From an uncultured Lachnospiraceae bacterium (GTDB taxonomy: Bacteria; Bacillota; Clostridia; Oscillospirales; CAG-272), in assembly GCA_964582375.1 (NCBI GenBank), contig CAZORL010000003.1:15289-79288 (forward strand): a DNA stretch of 64,000 nt, written 5' to 3'. Every line of letters begins with the position of its first letter. The stretch's first letter is position 1. This document shows, one piece after another, positions 38,552 through 48,340 of this stretch. The notes beneath the pieces are model-generated. The model ran no database searches, was not told the DNA's origin, and saw nothing but the letters and a program-made list of their open reading frames with translations. The position numbers and the translations under genes are program-made.

Positions 38552-39340
38552 ATGGCTAAGAGAAAAAAGAGTGATATAAGAAATTATCATAATGTCATTG
38601 TAAATGATAACACAAGCTTTGCCGCGAAAGAGGCGTTCAAAGATATACGAACGGGAATGCTTTATACTGCAAAGAACAGCAAGTGCCCTGTATATGGTGT
38701 AACATCAACAGTTGCTGCGTCAGGAAAGTCGATGATTATTGCGAATCTCGCTGTTTCGTTTGCACAACTCGGAAAGAAAGTTATTCTTATCGACAGCGAC
38801 ATGCGTGCCCCGACTCAACATAAGATCTTTAAGGTCTCGAACAGGATCGGACTCAGTGAGGTCCTTGCCGGCATAAACGAAGGCGACGAAGGATTTGTTA
38901 CGACTACCGATTATGACGGTGTTCACATAATGACCGCAGGACGTATCCCTCCGAATCCCGCTGAGCTTTTGTCCGGCGATTCCCTGCGCAATTTGATTGC
39001 GATGCTGAAAAAAGAGTATGATTTTATATTTCTTGATCTCCCTCCGATAGGTATCGTCACCGATGCACTCGTTCTTTCGGATGTTGTTGATGGATATGTT
39101 TTTGTTGTTCGCGCAGAACTCGATGAAAAACAGACTCTTGTAAGTGCCGTAAACAAGATGGAACAGGCAGGCGCAAAGATCATTGGCATGGTTTTGAATG
39201 ATGTCGGCGGTGGTAAGGGCGGGTATTATAAAAATGATTACAGCTCCTATCACAGCTACGCGAAAAGATCATATGGTTCTAAAGAGAACGACGATGACGA
39301 TGACGATGACGATTACGATTACGATTACGACGGCATTTGA
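38552..39340 (+). CDS. BY-kinase catalytic subunit (CpsD/PtkA-like tyrosine kinase)
   Basis: Walker A TSTVAASGKSM, Walker A' VILIDSDMRAP, Walker B FIFLDLPPIG. C-terminal Tyr cluster GYYKNDYSSYHSYAKRSYGSKENDDDDDDDDYDYDYDGI. Confidence 0.85.
   Translation: MAKRKKSDIRNYHNVIVNDNTSFAAKEAFKDIRTGMLYTAKNSKCPVYGVTSTVAASGKSMIIANLAVSFAQLGKKVILIDSDMRAPTQHKIFKVSNRIGLSEVLAGINEGDEGFVTTTDYDGVHIMTAGRIPPNPAELLSGDSLRNLIAMLKKEYDFIFLDLPPIGIVTDALVLSDVVDGYVFVVRAELDEKQTLVSAVNKMEQAGAKIIGMVLNDVGGGKGGYYKNDYSSYHSYAKRSYGSKENDDDDDDDDYDYDYDGI
39290..39331 (+). repeat. In-frame hexanucleotide tandem repeat, (GACGAT)x4 then (TACGAT)x3
   Basis: Read directly: gac gat gac gat gac gat gac gat tac gat tac gat tac gac. This encodes D8 followed by YDYDYD at the kinase C-terminus. 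Confidence 0.9.
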
Positions 39341-39363
39341 TCCTAGTATACACAGTTTTTATA

Positions 39364-39399
39364 AAAAACTCCGTTTCTTAACAGATTCGGAGTTTTTTT
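39364..39399 (+). terminator. Intrinsic terminator after the BY-kinase gene
   Basis: AAAAACTCCG pairs with CGGAGTTTTT, followed by a T-run ending at 39399. Confidence 0.7.
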
Positions 39400-39409
39400 G
39401 CGGTGATAC

Positions 39410-39438
39410 TTGACTTTTTAACAATCAAATGGTATAAT
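39410..39438 (+). promoter_or_regulatory. SigA-type promoter of the topo-B/addB/addA unit
   Basis: TTGACT at 39410-39415, 17-nt spacer, TATAAT at 39433-39438. Confidence 0.6.
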
Positions 39439-39475
39439 AATAGATGAGAGCAACACAAACATAAGGAGTGCTGAT

Positions 39476-41479
39476 ATGGCAAACAAAAAGACCCCGACAG
39501 AATACGGAAATGACAGTATAGAGAGCTTAAAAGGTGCACAGCGAGTAAGAAAAAAACCCGAGGTCTATCTTGGTACGAGTGGACTCGAAGGATGCCAGCA
39601 CGCTTTTTTTGAGATCCTTGCAAACTCGCTTGATGAATCACGCGAGGGCTACGGAAATGTCATCAAGATAACCGTATGGAATGATAAGTCGATCGAGGTT
39701 GAAGATGACGGACGCGGCATACCGATGGGCTGGAATGAAAAGCAGAAGCGTTACAACTGGGATCTTATATTCTGTGAGCTGTACGCAAGCGGAAAATATA
39801 AAAACAACAGTGGCGGATCGGCGTATAAGTATTCACTCGGAACAAACGGACTCGGTGCATGCGCCACCCAGTGCTCGAGCGAATTTATGGATGTTTATTC
39901 TTATTCCGGCGGTAGTCTTTCTGAAATGCACTTTAAGAAGGGCGAACCTGTCGGTCAATTGCAGGTTGTTGATATCTCCAAAGGCGGCAAAAAACATGGA
40001 ACGGTTATAAAATGGCGTGCTGACCTTGAGGTTTTCAAGTCGATCGATATTCCGAAAAGTTATTTTGTCGAGACCCTGAAAAAACAGGCCGTTGTAAACG
40101 CAGGTGTCCGTTTCTTACTCAAATTCGAGGATGAAAGCGGTATTTTTTCCGAGGATGAGTTTTACTACGAACAGGGAATTGCCGAAAGAGTTCGCGAGCT
40201 GGCATCAGGCAAGGCTATCACCGAGTCTGTCTTTATAACAAAAGAGACTGCCGGCAGGGATCGCGAGGATCTTCCTGAGTACAAGCTTCTTATAGAGGCC
40301 GCCTTCTGTTTTACCGACGCAACCGTCAATGCGAGTGAATATTATCATAACTCGAGCTGGCTCGAATACGGTGGATCACCCGAGGACGCCGCAAAAGTTG
40401 CTTTTCTTTACACCGTCAATAAGTACTTAAAGGATAACAATAAGTACAAAAAGAATGACAGCAAGGTCAATTTCTCGGACATAGATGATTGCCTTGTTTT
40501 GGTTACAAGCAGCTTTTCCACATCAACATCCTACGAAAATCAGACCAAGAAAAAGATCGACAACGAGTTTATAAAACGGGCAATGACCGAGTTCTTCAAG
40601 GAACGTCTTGATGCCTATTTTATCGAAAACCCGTCTGACGCCGAAAAGATCGCGGCACGTATCCTTGCCAATAAGACCATTCGCGAAAGTGCGAGTGCCG
40701 CAAGAGATATAACAAAGAAAAAACTGATCGGTGTTACCGATGTGGCAAACAGAGTCGAAAAGTTCGTTGCTTGCCGATCCAAAGACCCCGAGCGTCGCGA
40801 ACTCTATATCGTTGAGGGTGACAGTGCGTGTACATCATGCAAGCTCGGCAGATCGGCTGAGTTCCAGGCGATCATGCCCGTTCGCGGCAAAACGCTCAAC
40901 TGTCTTAAGGCATCGTATGAGCGTATCATGAAAAGTGATATCATAACCGATCTTTTGAAAGTCATCGGTTGCGGTGTTGAGATAAAGCATCGCGAAAAAG
41001 ATGTCGCAAACTTCAATATTGATATGCTGAAATGGAACAAGATCATAATATGTACCGATGCGGACGAGGACGGATATCAGATCCGTGCGCTTCTTCTGAC
41101 ATTTTTCTATCGACTTCTCCCGACGCTTATTAAAAAGGGCAGAGTATATATTGCCGAGTCACCACTTTTTCAGATCAATACCAAAAAAGATGAATTTTTT
41201 GCGTATAATGAAAAAGAACGCCAGGAAATAGTCAAAAAACTCGAGGAGCAGGAACTCAAGTACACGATACAAAGATCGAAGGGTCTTGGCGAAAACACCC
41301 CCGATATGATGTGGGAGACCACCATGAATCCTGCATCAAGACGTCTTATTCGTGTGTGCGAGGCAGACGCCGCCGAAACCGCCGAAATACTTGACATACT
41401 TCTTGGTGATAATCTCGAAGAAAGAAAGACATATATCGCAAATAACGGATATAAATACATGACCGAAGTTGATGTTTGA
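39476..41479 (+). CDS. Type IIA DNA topoisomerase subunit B (GyrB/ParE family, divergent)
   Basis: GHKL motifs EILANSLDE, DDGRGIP and GTNGLG. QTK loop YENQTKKK. Toprim motifs ELYIVEGDSA, PVRGKTLN and CTDADEDGYQI. Tail KGLGENTPDMMWETTMNP. Confidence 0.85.
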   Translation: MANKKTPTEYGNDSIESLKGAQRVRKKPEVYLGTSGLEGCQHAFFEILANSLDESREGYGNVIKITVWNDKSIEVEDDGRGIPMGWNEKQKRYNWDLIFCELYASGKYKNNSGGSAYKYSLGTNGLGACATQCSSEFMDVYSYSGGSLSEMHFKKGEPVGQLQVVDISKGGKKHGTVIKWRADLEVFKSIDIPKSYFVETLKKQAVVNAGVRFLLKFEDESGIFSEDEFYYEQGIAERVRELASGKAITESVFITKETAGRDREDLPEYKLLIEAAFCFTDATVNASEYYHNSSWLEYGGSPEDAAKVAFLYTVNKYLKDNNKYKKNDSKVNFSDIDDCLVLVTSSFSTSTSYENQTKKKIDNEFIKRAMTEFFKERLDAYFIENPSDAEKIAARILANKTIRESASAARDITKKKLIGVTDVANRVEKFVACRSKDPERRELYIVEGDSACTSCKLGRSAEFQAIMPVRGKTLNCLKASYERIMKSDIITDLLKVIGCGVEIKHREKDVANFNIDMLKWNKIIICTDADEDGYQIRALLLTFFYRLLPTLIKKGRVYIAESPLFQINTKKDEFFAYNEKERQEIVKKLEEQELKYTIQRSKGLGENTPDMMWETTMNPASRRLIRVCEADAAETAEILDILLGDNLEERKTYIANNGYKYMTEVDV

Positions 41480-41511
41480 TATTTTGGTCGCAATCGGAGT
41501 TCTATCGATTT

Positions 41512-44500
41512 ATGTTGCAGCTTATATACGGAAGAGCAGGGAGCGGTAAGACTACCCTGCTTTTTGACAAAATTAAAAACGCCATTGATCAAAAAAAGAA
41601 AATAATGCTTCTCGTACCCGAACAGCAGGTCTTTGAGTGTGAAAAAATGCTTTGCGAAAGAAAGCTCTACTCTTTTGACGCTGAGGTCGTCGGGTTTAGG
41701 CGACTTTGCAATATGATATTCCGAAAGTGGGGCGGACTTTCCTACAGATATATCGGAAACGGTGCAAAGCTCATCGTTATGTGGAAGGCACTGCGCGAGC
41801 TTGACGGTCAGCTCGAGGAATATGCCGGTCTTTCTCTTGACGATCTTTCTGTCCTTGAGCTTCTCGAAAGGACTGTCGAAGAATTTGAACGCTATGGAAT
41901 CGACGCCGATCTTCTATCAAAGGTCGCGGACGAGTTGCCACCCGAGGACGGAAAACTTGTGCGAAAACTTCGCGATCTGTCAATGATAATGACGCTTGAT
42001 CTCGCACTTTTGCATCAGAATTATGACAATCCCGAAGAGGATCTTCCACGTGCTGCAAAAATGCTTTCAGATCATGATTTTTTCAAAGATACGATCGTGT
42101 TTATCGACGGATTTACCCGATTTGCACCGACCGAGCTTGATATCCTAAAGCACATTTTTTCGCAGTCCGAAAATGTATATCTGACTCTTCCTTGCGTCGA
42201 GCATGATAAGGCTGAGATGATGCTCGCGGCAAGGAATTGCGAGCGGTCGATCAAAAAATGCGCCTCGTCGGTGTCTTGCAAGATCTTGCCCTCGATCGTG
42301 TGCGATAATGTATACTCGACAGATAAAGAAGATCTTGTGTTTCTTCATAAGAATCTTTGGAATTTTGATAGGGATGTTTACGAAAAATCCCCGGACAGTA
42401 TTTTTTTGACCGAGACCTCCGACATATATTCCGAGGCTGAAAGTGTCGCCTGCAAAGTGGCGGAGTTGGTTCAAGATGGTCATTACAGGTATCGTGAGAT
42501 TGCACTTATCCTACGCGACCCTGACTCATATATCGGAATCCTTGACAGTGCGCTCGAAAAGTATGGTATCCCTTGTTTTATGTCATCTCGCACCGGTCTT
42601 TGCATGAAGCCCTGCGTTCGATTGATAGGCAGTGCACTTATGACTGCCGCACGAGGATGGAAACGCGAGGATGTTGTTACTTATATGCGCTGCGGGCTTT
42701 CGGGACTTTCTCCGGATGAATGTGATATAATTGAAGAATACGCAAAAACCTGGAACATTTCAGGTGCGCTTTGGTATATGACCGATCCTTGGACGATGAA
42801 TCCGCGCGGTTTTTCGGCAGAAATTTCAGATCGTGATGCCGACCTTCTTGATACGCTAAACAAACTAAGGGTTCGTCTTGTTGATCCGCTCTACAAATTT
42901 TGTCAGATATTCGACACAGATCCGACCGTACGAGATGTGGCGACAGAACTCTATAACTACCTTTGCGAGATAGAGATCCCCAAGATCCTGGCACAAGAAG
43001 AGGCGGCTTCCCGAACATCGGGCGATCTCGCACTTGCCGAGGAAACGGTTCAGGTTTGGGACGCGATCGTATCCGCTCTCGAAAGCCTTGTTACGGTTGT
43101 CGGTGATATGTCTGTAAACGCCGACCGTTTTTACAAGCTGCTCTTTGCGATATTTCAAAAGACGGATATTGGAAAAATACCGGCAAGAGCTGACGAGGTC
43201 ATAATCGGTGAGCCAAAACTTCTTCATAAGCCGGGGATAAAACAGGCGTTTATTCTCGGGCTAAACGAGGGGATTTTTCCTGCGGCAAGCAACGAATCTC
43301 GTATCATCGATGACAGCGACAAAGACAAGCTTCGTGAGGTTGGGATCGAGCTTGCCGATGACAGCGAGAGCGCAGCGGCAGGCGAGCTTTATGCCTTTTA
43401 TCGCGCCGCTTGTCTGCCGTCCGACGCACTGAGACTATCATATCACGCCGATATGAACCCATCGGTCGCCGTGTATGCCGTGAGATCGCTTTATCCCGAG
43501 TTGGAGGTTGAAAAATGGTCTGATATTCCATCTCCCGATAAGATAAGAAACACGGCAACCGCGATTGAGTTTGCGGCGGCAAACATGTCGAACGAGAAGG
43601 GCAGATCGGTCTTTTCGCTTGTATCAAGCGTCAATTCCGGAAAACTTGCCACACGAGTCAATGAAATGATCGACGCTTTTTCCCGCCCGATCAGCGAGGA
43701 GAATTGCATGCTCGATAATTCGACCGCCGACAGGATCGTGGACAGAGGGCTTAACTTGACTCAGGCAAGGGTCGAAAACTTTGTCAAGTGTCCATTCTCA
43801 TTCTTTGCTAAAAATGTGCTCTCTTTGAAGGAGCAAAACTCGGAAGATTTCGAGGCGCGTGAGGTCGGCGACTATATGCATGCGATTCTTGAGACATTTT
43901 TTACATCGTTAGGCGATAGAAATATTCGCTCTCTTTCATCCGATGAACTTGTCGAACATACAGACATGGCGGTAGAAAAATGCAGAAGAAAGATCATCTC
44001 GCAAGACATTTCTCCTCGACTTTCTCACCTTTTTGATCGACTTCGCACACTCGCAATATTGCTTGTAAACAACATAGCCGAGGAGTTTGCCGATTCGGAC
44101 TTTGAGCCGAAGCTTTTTGAACTTGCGATCGACAACAGACCGGGTAATATCGCACCGTTAAGAATTAAGTTTGCAGATGAAAAGATCTTGACGATATACG
44201 GCAGGGTTGACAGAGTCGATGTGTGCAAAAAAGGTGACGATGTCTACCTTCGCGTTGTTGACTATAAAACAGGTAAAAAGAAGTTCTCGATTGCCGATCT
44301 GTATCAGGGGCTCGATTTTCAAATGCCAATCTACCTTTTGTCGCTTTGCAGGACGAGTAATTCACAATTTCTCGAAAAGATTGGTGCCGATGAGAATTGC
44401 AATGTCTTGCCCGCCGGGCTCTTGTATTTCTCCGCACGCATGCCGGATGCCACCGAGCTGAGCGAGCTTGTCTCCGAATTAGATGATAGAGTGGATATCG

Positions 44501-44799
44501 AAAGAAGCGGACTTCTCATTAACAATGTAGCACTTATCGAGTCAATGGAGCGATCAAAAAACGGCAGATTCGTTCCCGTGTCCTTTGACAAGAACGGTGT
44601 TTTGAAAAAGAGTGGGTCGGTGATAAGCGCAGACGATTTTGAAATACTGCTTGATGACATTACGAAAAAAATATCATCAATCGGTGATGATATTGCGGAT
44701 GGCGTCGCATATGCAAAGCCAATGAGAGATCGCGGAAACGATCCTTGTGCGTACTGCGGTGCAAGATTTCTGTGTAGGATAAGCGATGATGTGGACTAA
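41512..44799 (+). CDS. addB: ATP-dependent helicase/deoxyribonuclease subunit B
   Basis: Begins MLQLIYGRAGSGKT. The C-terminal RecB-like nuclease carries Fe-S cysteines (KCPFSFF ... DPCAYCGARFLC). Lies directly upstream of addA. Confidence 0.85.
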   Translation: MLQLIYGRAGSGKTTLLFDKIKNAIDQKKKIMLLVPEQQVFECEKMLCERKLYSFDAEVVGFRRLCNMIFRKWGGLSYRYIGNGAKLIVMWKALRELDGQLEEYAGLSLDDLSVLELLERTVEEFERYGIDADLLSKVADELPPEDGKLVRKLRDLSMIMTLDLALLHQNYDNPEEDLPRAAKMLSDHDFFKDTIVFIDGFTRFAPTELDILKHIFSQSENVYLTLPCVEHDKAEMMLAARNCERSIKKCASSVSCKILPSIVCDNVYSTDKEDLVFLHKNLWNFDRDVYEKSPDSIFLTETSDIYSEAESVACKVAELVQDGHYRYREIALILRDPDSYIGILDSALEKYGIPCFMSSRTGLCMKPCVRLIGSALMTAARGWKREDVVTYMRCGLSGLSPDECDIIEEYAKTWNISGALWYMTDPWTMNPRGFSAEISDRDADLLDTLNKLRVRLVDPLYKFCQIFDTDPTVRDVATELYNYLCEIEIPKILAQEEAASRTSGDLALAEETVQVWDAIVSALESLVTVVGDMSVNADRFYKLLFAIFQKTDIGKIPARADEVIIGEPKLLHKPGIKQAFILGLNEGIFPAASNESRIIDDSDKDKLREVGIELADDSESAAAGELYAFYRAACLPSDALRLSYHADMNPSVAVYAVRSLYPELEVEKWSDIPSPDKIRNTATAIEFAAANMSNEKGRSVFSLVSSVNSGKLATRVNEMIDAFSRPISEENCMLDNSTADRIVDRGLNLTQARVENFVKCPFSFFAKNVLSLKEQNSEDFEAREVGDYMHAILETFFTSLGDRNIRSLSSDELVEHTDMAVEKCRRKIISQDISPRLSHLFDRLRTLAILLVNNIAEEFADSDFEPKLFELAIDNRPGNIAPLRIKFADEKILTIYGRVDRVDVCKKGDDVYLRVVDYKTGKKKFSIADLYQGLDFQMPIYLLSLCRTSNSQFLEKIGADENCNVLPAGLLYFSARMPDATELSELVSELDDRVDIERSGLLINNVALIESMERSKNGRFVPVSFDKNGVLKKSGSVISADDFEILLDDITKKISSIGDDIADGVAYAKPMRDRGNDPCAYCGARFLCRISDDVD

Positions 44800-44817
44800 A
44801 GGAAAGGATAAGTGAAA

Positions 44818-47800
44818 ATGGGAGAGAGAATATGGACCGATGCCCAAATCGAGGCATTTTCGGCACTTGACGGGGACCTGCTTGTATGTGCCGCCGCCGG
44901 GTCGGGCAAGACTGCCGTTTTGACCGAAAGAATAATCAGATCGCTTTGCGATGATTTTCGTCCGTCCGATATAACATCAAAGCTTGTGGTCACGTTCACC
45001 AAATCCGCCGCCTATGAGCTTAAAGCTAAGATATCGAGCGCGCTGACCGAACGTATTGGTACGCTACAAGGTAACGCTCGTCTCCGCAGACAACTGCTTT
45101 CTCTTGACAGAGCGCAGATATCGACGATCGACAGCTTTTGCCTCAATGTCGTGTCTGCCCACTTTGCCGAGCTTGGACTTCCTGCATCGGTTCGAGTAGG
45201 CGGCGACGCAGATGTAAAACTCATGAAGATCGACATCATGGAGCAGACCATCGATGCGGCGTATCAGTCGGGTGACAAGGCTTTTCTTGACCTGATCGAT
45301 AATTTTTCTACCCTTCGTGATAACAGAGTCGGCGAACTCTTTTTGAAGATCTACGATAAAGTTATATCTTACCCCGAGGGGGTAGAGTTTATAAAAGAGT
45401 CCGCTGCGCGCCTTGAAGATGCCGCAAAAAACGAATTTTCGGGAACGGTATATGAAACCATCTTGGAAAAAAAGCTTGATGAATTTTTGGCGCATTATGT
45501 ATCGGTCTACGACCATCTCCTTGAAAAGCTTAAAAACGACGGAACGCCCGAAAAATCGATCATACAGATTTCGGATGAGTTTGAAAGGATCAGACGCATT
45601 CACCTTGCTCTGAATTTTGACGAAAAGAAAAGAATGCTTGAGGAACTTTCTTTTGAAAAAGCAGCGCAGAACAAGTCAAAAACCGAGACATTTCTTTATT
45701 TTACTGGTGTTAGGGATGAGTTTAAGGATGTTAGAAAAAAACAAATAAACTCCATTTCCATTAACCTTTCGAGCGAAAAGATCGCCGCAGAAATGTCGTC
45801 AAGGCTTTGCATGGCACTTTATAGGCTTATATCCGATTTCGAGAGACGCTACAGTGAAGAAAAACGCCGTTTTTCGATGATCGATTTTGCCGATGCCGAG
45901 CGGATGACCTACGATCTGCTTGTCAAAAACGGAAGACCCACGGAACGTGCACTCTCCATATCCGAAAAGTTCGATCAGATATACATTGATGAATATCAGG
46001 ATGTCAATGATATTCAGGACGGTATTTTCAAGGCTATATCGAAAAACAACAGATTCATGGTCGGCGATATCAAACAGTCGATCTACGGCTTTCGCGGTGC
46101 TGTGCCCACCATTTTTGCAAATTACAGAAGAAACTTCCCAAAACACGAGCGTGGTACCACCATGCCGCAATCTAAAGTCTTTTTGTCCCATAATTTCAGG
46201 AGCGATCGACATATCCTGGATTTTGCAAATGCTGTTTGCAACAGGCTCTTTGAATGCAGTGAGCAGATCCCCTATGCTCCAAATGAGGACGCACTTCGTT
46301 TTCCCGAGACCAAAACCGACGAGTCTGATGGCAAAAAGGTAAACATCTGCCTTATATCTCCCGAGGACGGTTTATCCTCCGATCAATGCGAGGCGGCTTT
46401 TGTCGCAGACAAGATTGCCGATCTTATAGATGGCGGCAGATCGCCGTCAGATATCGCAATACTGCTCAGAAGCTTTAAGTCGCGAGAAAAAGTATTCAGA
46501 AAAGAGCTTAAAAAAAGAGGGATACCGTTTGACAGCTCTGCGTCTGATGATTTTCTGAAGAAGCCCGAAATACTGCTCATAGTATCAATACTTAATGCTA
46601 TTGACAATCCTCGACGCGACTACTTTCTCGCGGGTGCAATGAAAAGCCCGATCTTCGGAATAACGCTTGACGATCTCATTTTTATTCGCGAGCGTAACAA
46701 AGATTGCACGCTATATGAGTCTCTCTGCCTTGCGGTCGATGAAGGAAGATTTGAAAAAGGGAAGGCCTTTCTTAATTTTCTCGTCGATTGTAGGGATTTT
46801 GCAAAGGGAAACTCCACCGAGAAGATCGTAAAATATGTCTATGATAAAACGGCACTTTTGTCGATATTAAGCGGAAAGAAGGGCGGAAAGGATGCCGTTT
46901 TGAGGCTTAACTCGTTTTATGAGCTTGCAAGATCCTTCGAGAGCGGCTCCTTCCGTGGACTTCACAATTTTATTCGTTATCTCGATGATATCGAAAGTGA
47001 GAATGGTAATCCGATATCAGAAGTCGGCACTGTGTCGGGACAGGGTGTGAAACTCATGTCTGTACATAAATCCAAGGGACTTGAGTTTCCGATAGTTTTC
47101 CTCTCGCATGCAGACGGAAAGCTTAATACAAACGACTCAAAAGATGCGTTCCTTCTCGATAGGGAGCTTGGTATCTCGTTTAATTTGAGCGTTAGGAACG
47201 GCAGGGGAAAGTTTACGCCCATGACCAAATCCGCAATTTCTCGGAAGATAATGGATGATAATATCAACGAGGAAATGCGTGTTTTGTATGTCGCACTCAC
47301 AAGACCGAAAAATGAGTTATTTATAACAGCTACTGTATCAAATGTTGACGAATACATGGCAAAATGCTTTGCCAATGGAGAACATCTCGATTTTTACACG
47401 CTTTATAAAGAGCAGTCATATCTTAAGTGGATATTTGCGTCAATAGGCAGAGATTCGAGCACTTGCGAGATATCGAAAATAAAATTCGGCACAGAACAGA
47501 TCGAAGATCCGCACATACCTACATTTAACGAATCGATCGATAAGTGCGGCGGTGAGATCGACTTTTCCGATATTCGCAAGAAGATCGAATATGTCTATCC
47601 ACACAAAGTTGAAAGCGAACTTCCGACTAAAGCATCTGTATCAAAGCTTTATCCTGCATATCTTGACGAATCGGAAGTCCCTGACATCAGATACAGATTT
47701 GACAGCCGACCCGATTTTATGCGGGACTCAAACATCATAAAGGGCACGGATATAGGAATCGCAACACACCTTTTTATGCAGTTTTGCGATTTTGAGTTTG

Positions 47801-48285
47801 TCTGCCGAAATGGCGTCGAGGCGGAGCTTGCACGGCTTGTCGATAAAGGTTTTATTGATAAAACCTCTGCAAAGCTAGTCAGCCTGGATCTTGTTAAAAC
47901 CTTTTTCAGATCCTCACTTTTTGAAGAAATGCGACAGGCAAGCGAGATCTATCGTGAATATCGCTTTTTGACCGATTTTCCTGCATCGGATTTTTCAGAC
48001 GATAATGAGAGATCTGATGCGCTTGTCGGTAAAACCATCCTTGTTCAGGGCGTCATAGACTGCTTCTTTGTGTTACCAGATGGCAGTGTAAAGCTTGTCG
48101 ATTATAAGACCGACAGACTTGACAAGCGGACGGGCATCGATAAGGCTGTCGAAAAACTTGTTTGCGAGTACAAAAATCAGCTGACATATTACGCAAGGGC
48201 GATAAAAAAGATAAGCGGCAAGGATGTTTCTTCAGCGTCTGTTTATGCCTTTGATATCGGTCGCGAGATCGACATTAAACTTTAA
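44818..48285 (+). CDS. addA: ATP-dependent helicase/nuclease subunit A (UvrD/PcrA-like helicase plus RecB nuclease)
   Basis: WTDAQIEAFSALDGDLLVCAAAGSGKTAVL, YIDEYQDVN, NFRS, VHKSKGLEFPIVF, and the C-terminal nuclease GVIDCFFVLPDGSVKLVDYKTD. The track start is GTG 44812; ATG 44818 has better RBS spacing. Confidence 0.9.
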   Translation: MGERIWTDAQIEAFSALDGDLLVCAAAGSGKTAVLTERIIRSLCDDFRPSDITSKLVVTFTKSAAYELKAKISSALTERIGTLQGNARLRRQLLSLDRAQISTIDSFCLNVVSAHFAELGLPASVRVGGDADVKLMKIDIMEQTIDAAYQSGDKAFLDLIDNFSTLRDNRVGELFLKIYDKVISYPEGVEFIKESAARLEDAAKNEFSGTVYETILEKKLDEFLAHYVSVYDHLLEKLKNDGTPEKSIIQISDEFERIRRIHLALNFDEKKRMLEELSFEKAAQNKSKTETFLYFTGVRDEFKDVRKKQINSISINLSSEKIAAEMSSRLCMALYRLISDFERRYSEEKRRFSMIDFADAERMTYDLLVKNGRPTERALSISEKFDQIYIDEYQDVNDIQDGIFKAISKNNRFMVGDIKQSIYGFRGAVPTIFANYRRNFPKHERGTTMPQSKVFLSHNFRSDRHILDFANAVCNRLFECSEQIPYAPNEDALRFPETKTDESDGKKVNICLISPEDGLSSDQCEAAFVADKIADLIDGGRSPSDIAILLRSFKSREKVFRKELKKRGIPFDSSASDDFLKKPEILLIVSILNAIDNPRRDYFLAGAMKSPIFGITLDDLIFIRERNKDCTLYESLCLAVDEGRFEKGKAFLNFLVDCRDFAKGNSTEKIVKYVYDKTALLSILSGKKGGKDAVLRLNSFYELARSFESGSFRGLHNFIRYLDDIESENGNPISEVGTVSGQGVKLMSVHKSKGLEFPIVFLSHADGKLNTNDSKDAFLLDRELGISFNLSVRNGRGKFTPMTKSAISRKIMDDNINEEMRVLYVALTRPKNELFITATVSNVDEYMAKCFANGEHLDFYTLYKEQSYLKWIFASIGRDSSTCEISKIKFGTEQIEDPHIPTFNESIDKCGGEIDFSDIRKKIEYVYPHKVESELPTKASVSKLYPAYLDESEVPDIRYRFDSRPDFMRDSNIIKGTDIGIATHLFMQFCDFEFVCRNGVEAELARLVDKGFIDKTSAKLVSLDLVKTFFRSSLFEEMRQASEIYREYRFLTDFPASDFSDDNERSDALVGKTILVQGVIDCFFVLPDGSVKLVDYKTDRLDKRTGIDKAVEKLVCEYKNQLTYYARAIKKISGKDVSSASVYAFDIGREIDIKL

Positions 48286-48290
48286 TATAA

Positions 48291-48333
48291 TAAAAATCGT
48301 TTGTTAACTTTTTACGGTAAACAAACGATTTTT
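48291..48333. terminator. Bidirectional terminator between addA and the convergent acyltransferase gene
   Basis: 12-bp stem AAATCGTTTGTT (48294-48305) pairs with AACAAACGATTT (48320-48331), with A/T runs on both sides. Confidence 0.75.
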
Positions 48334-48340
48334 GTGTATC

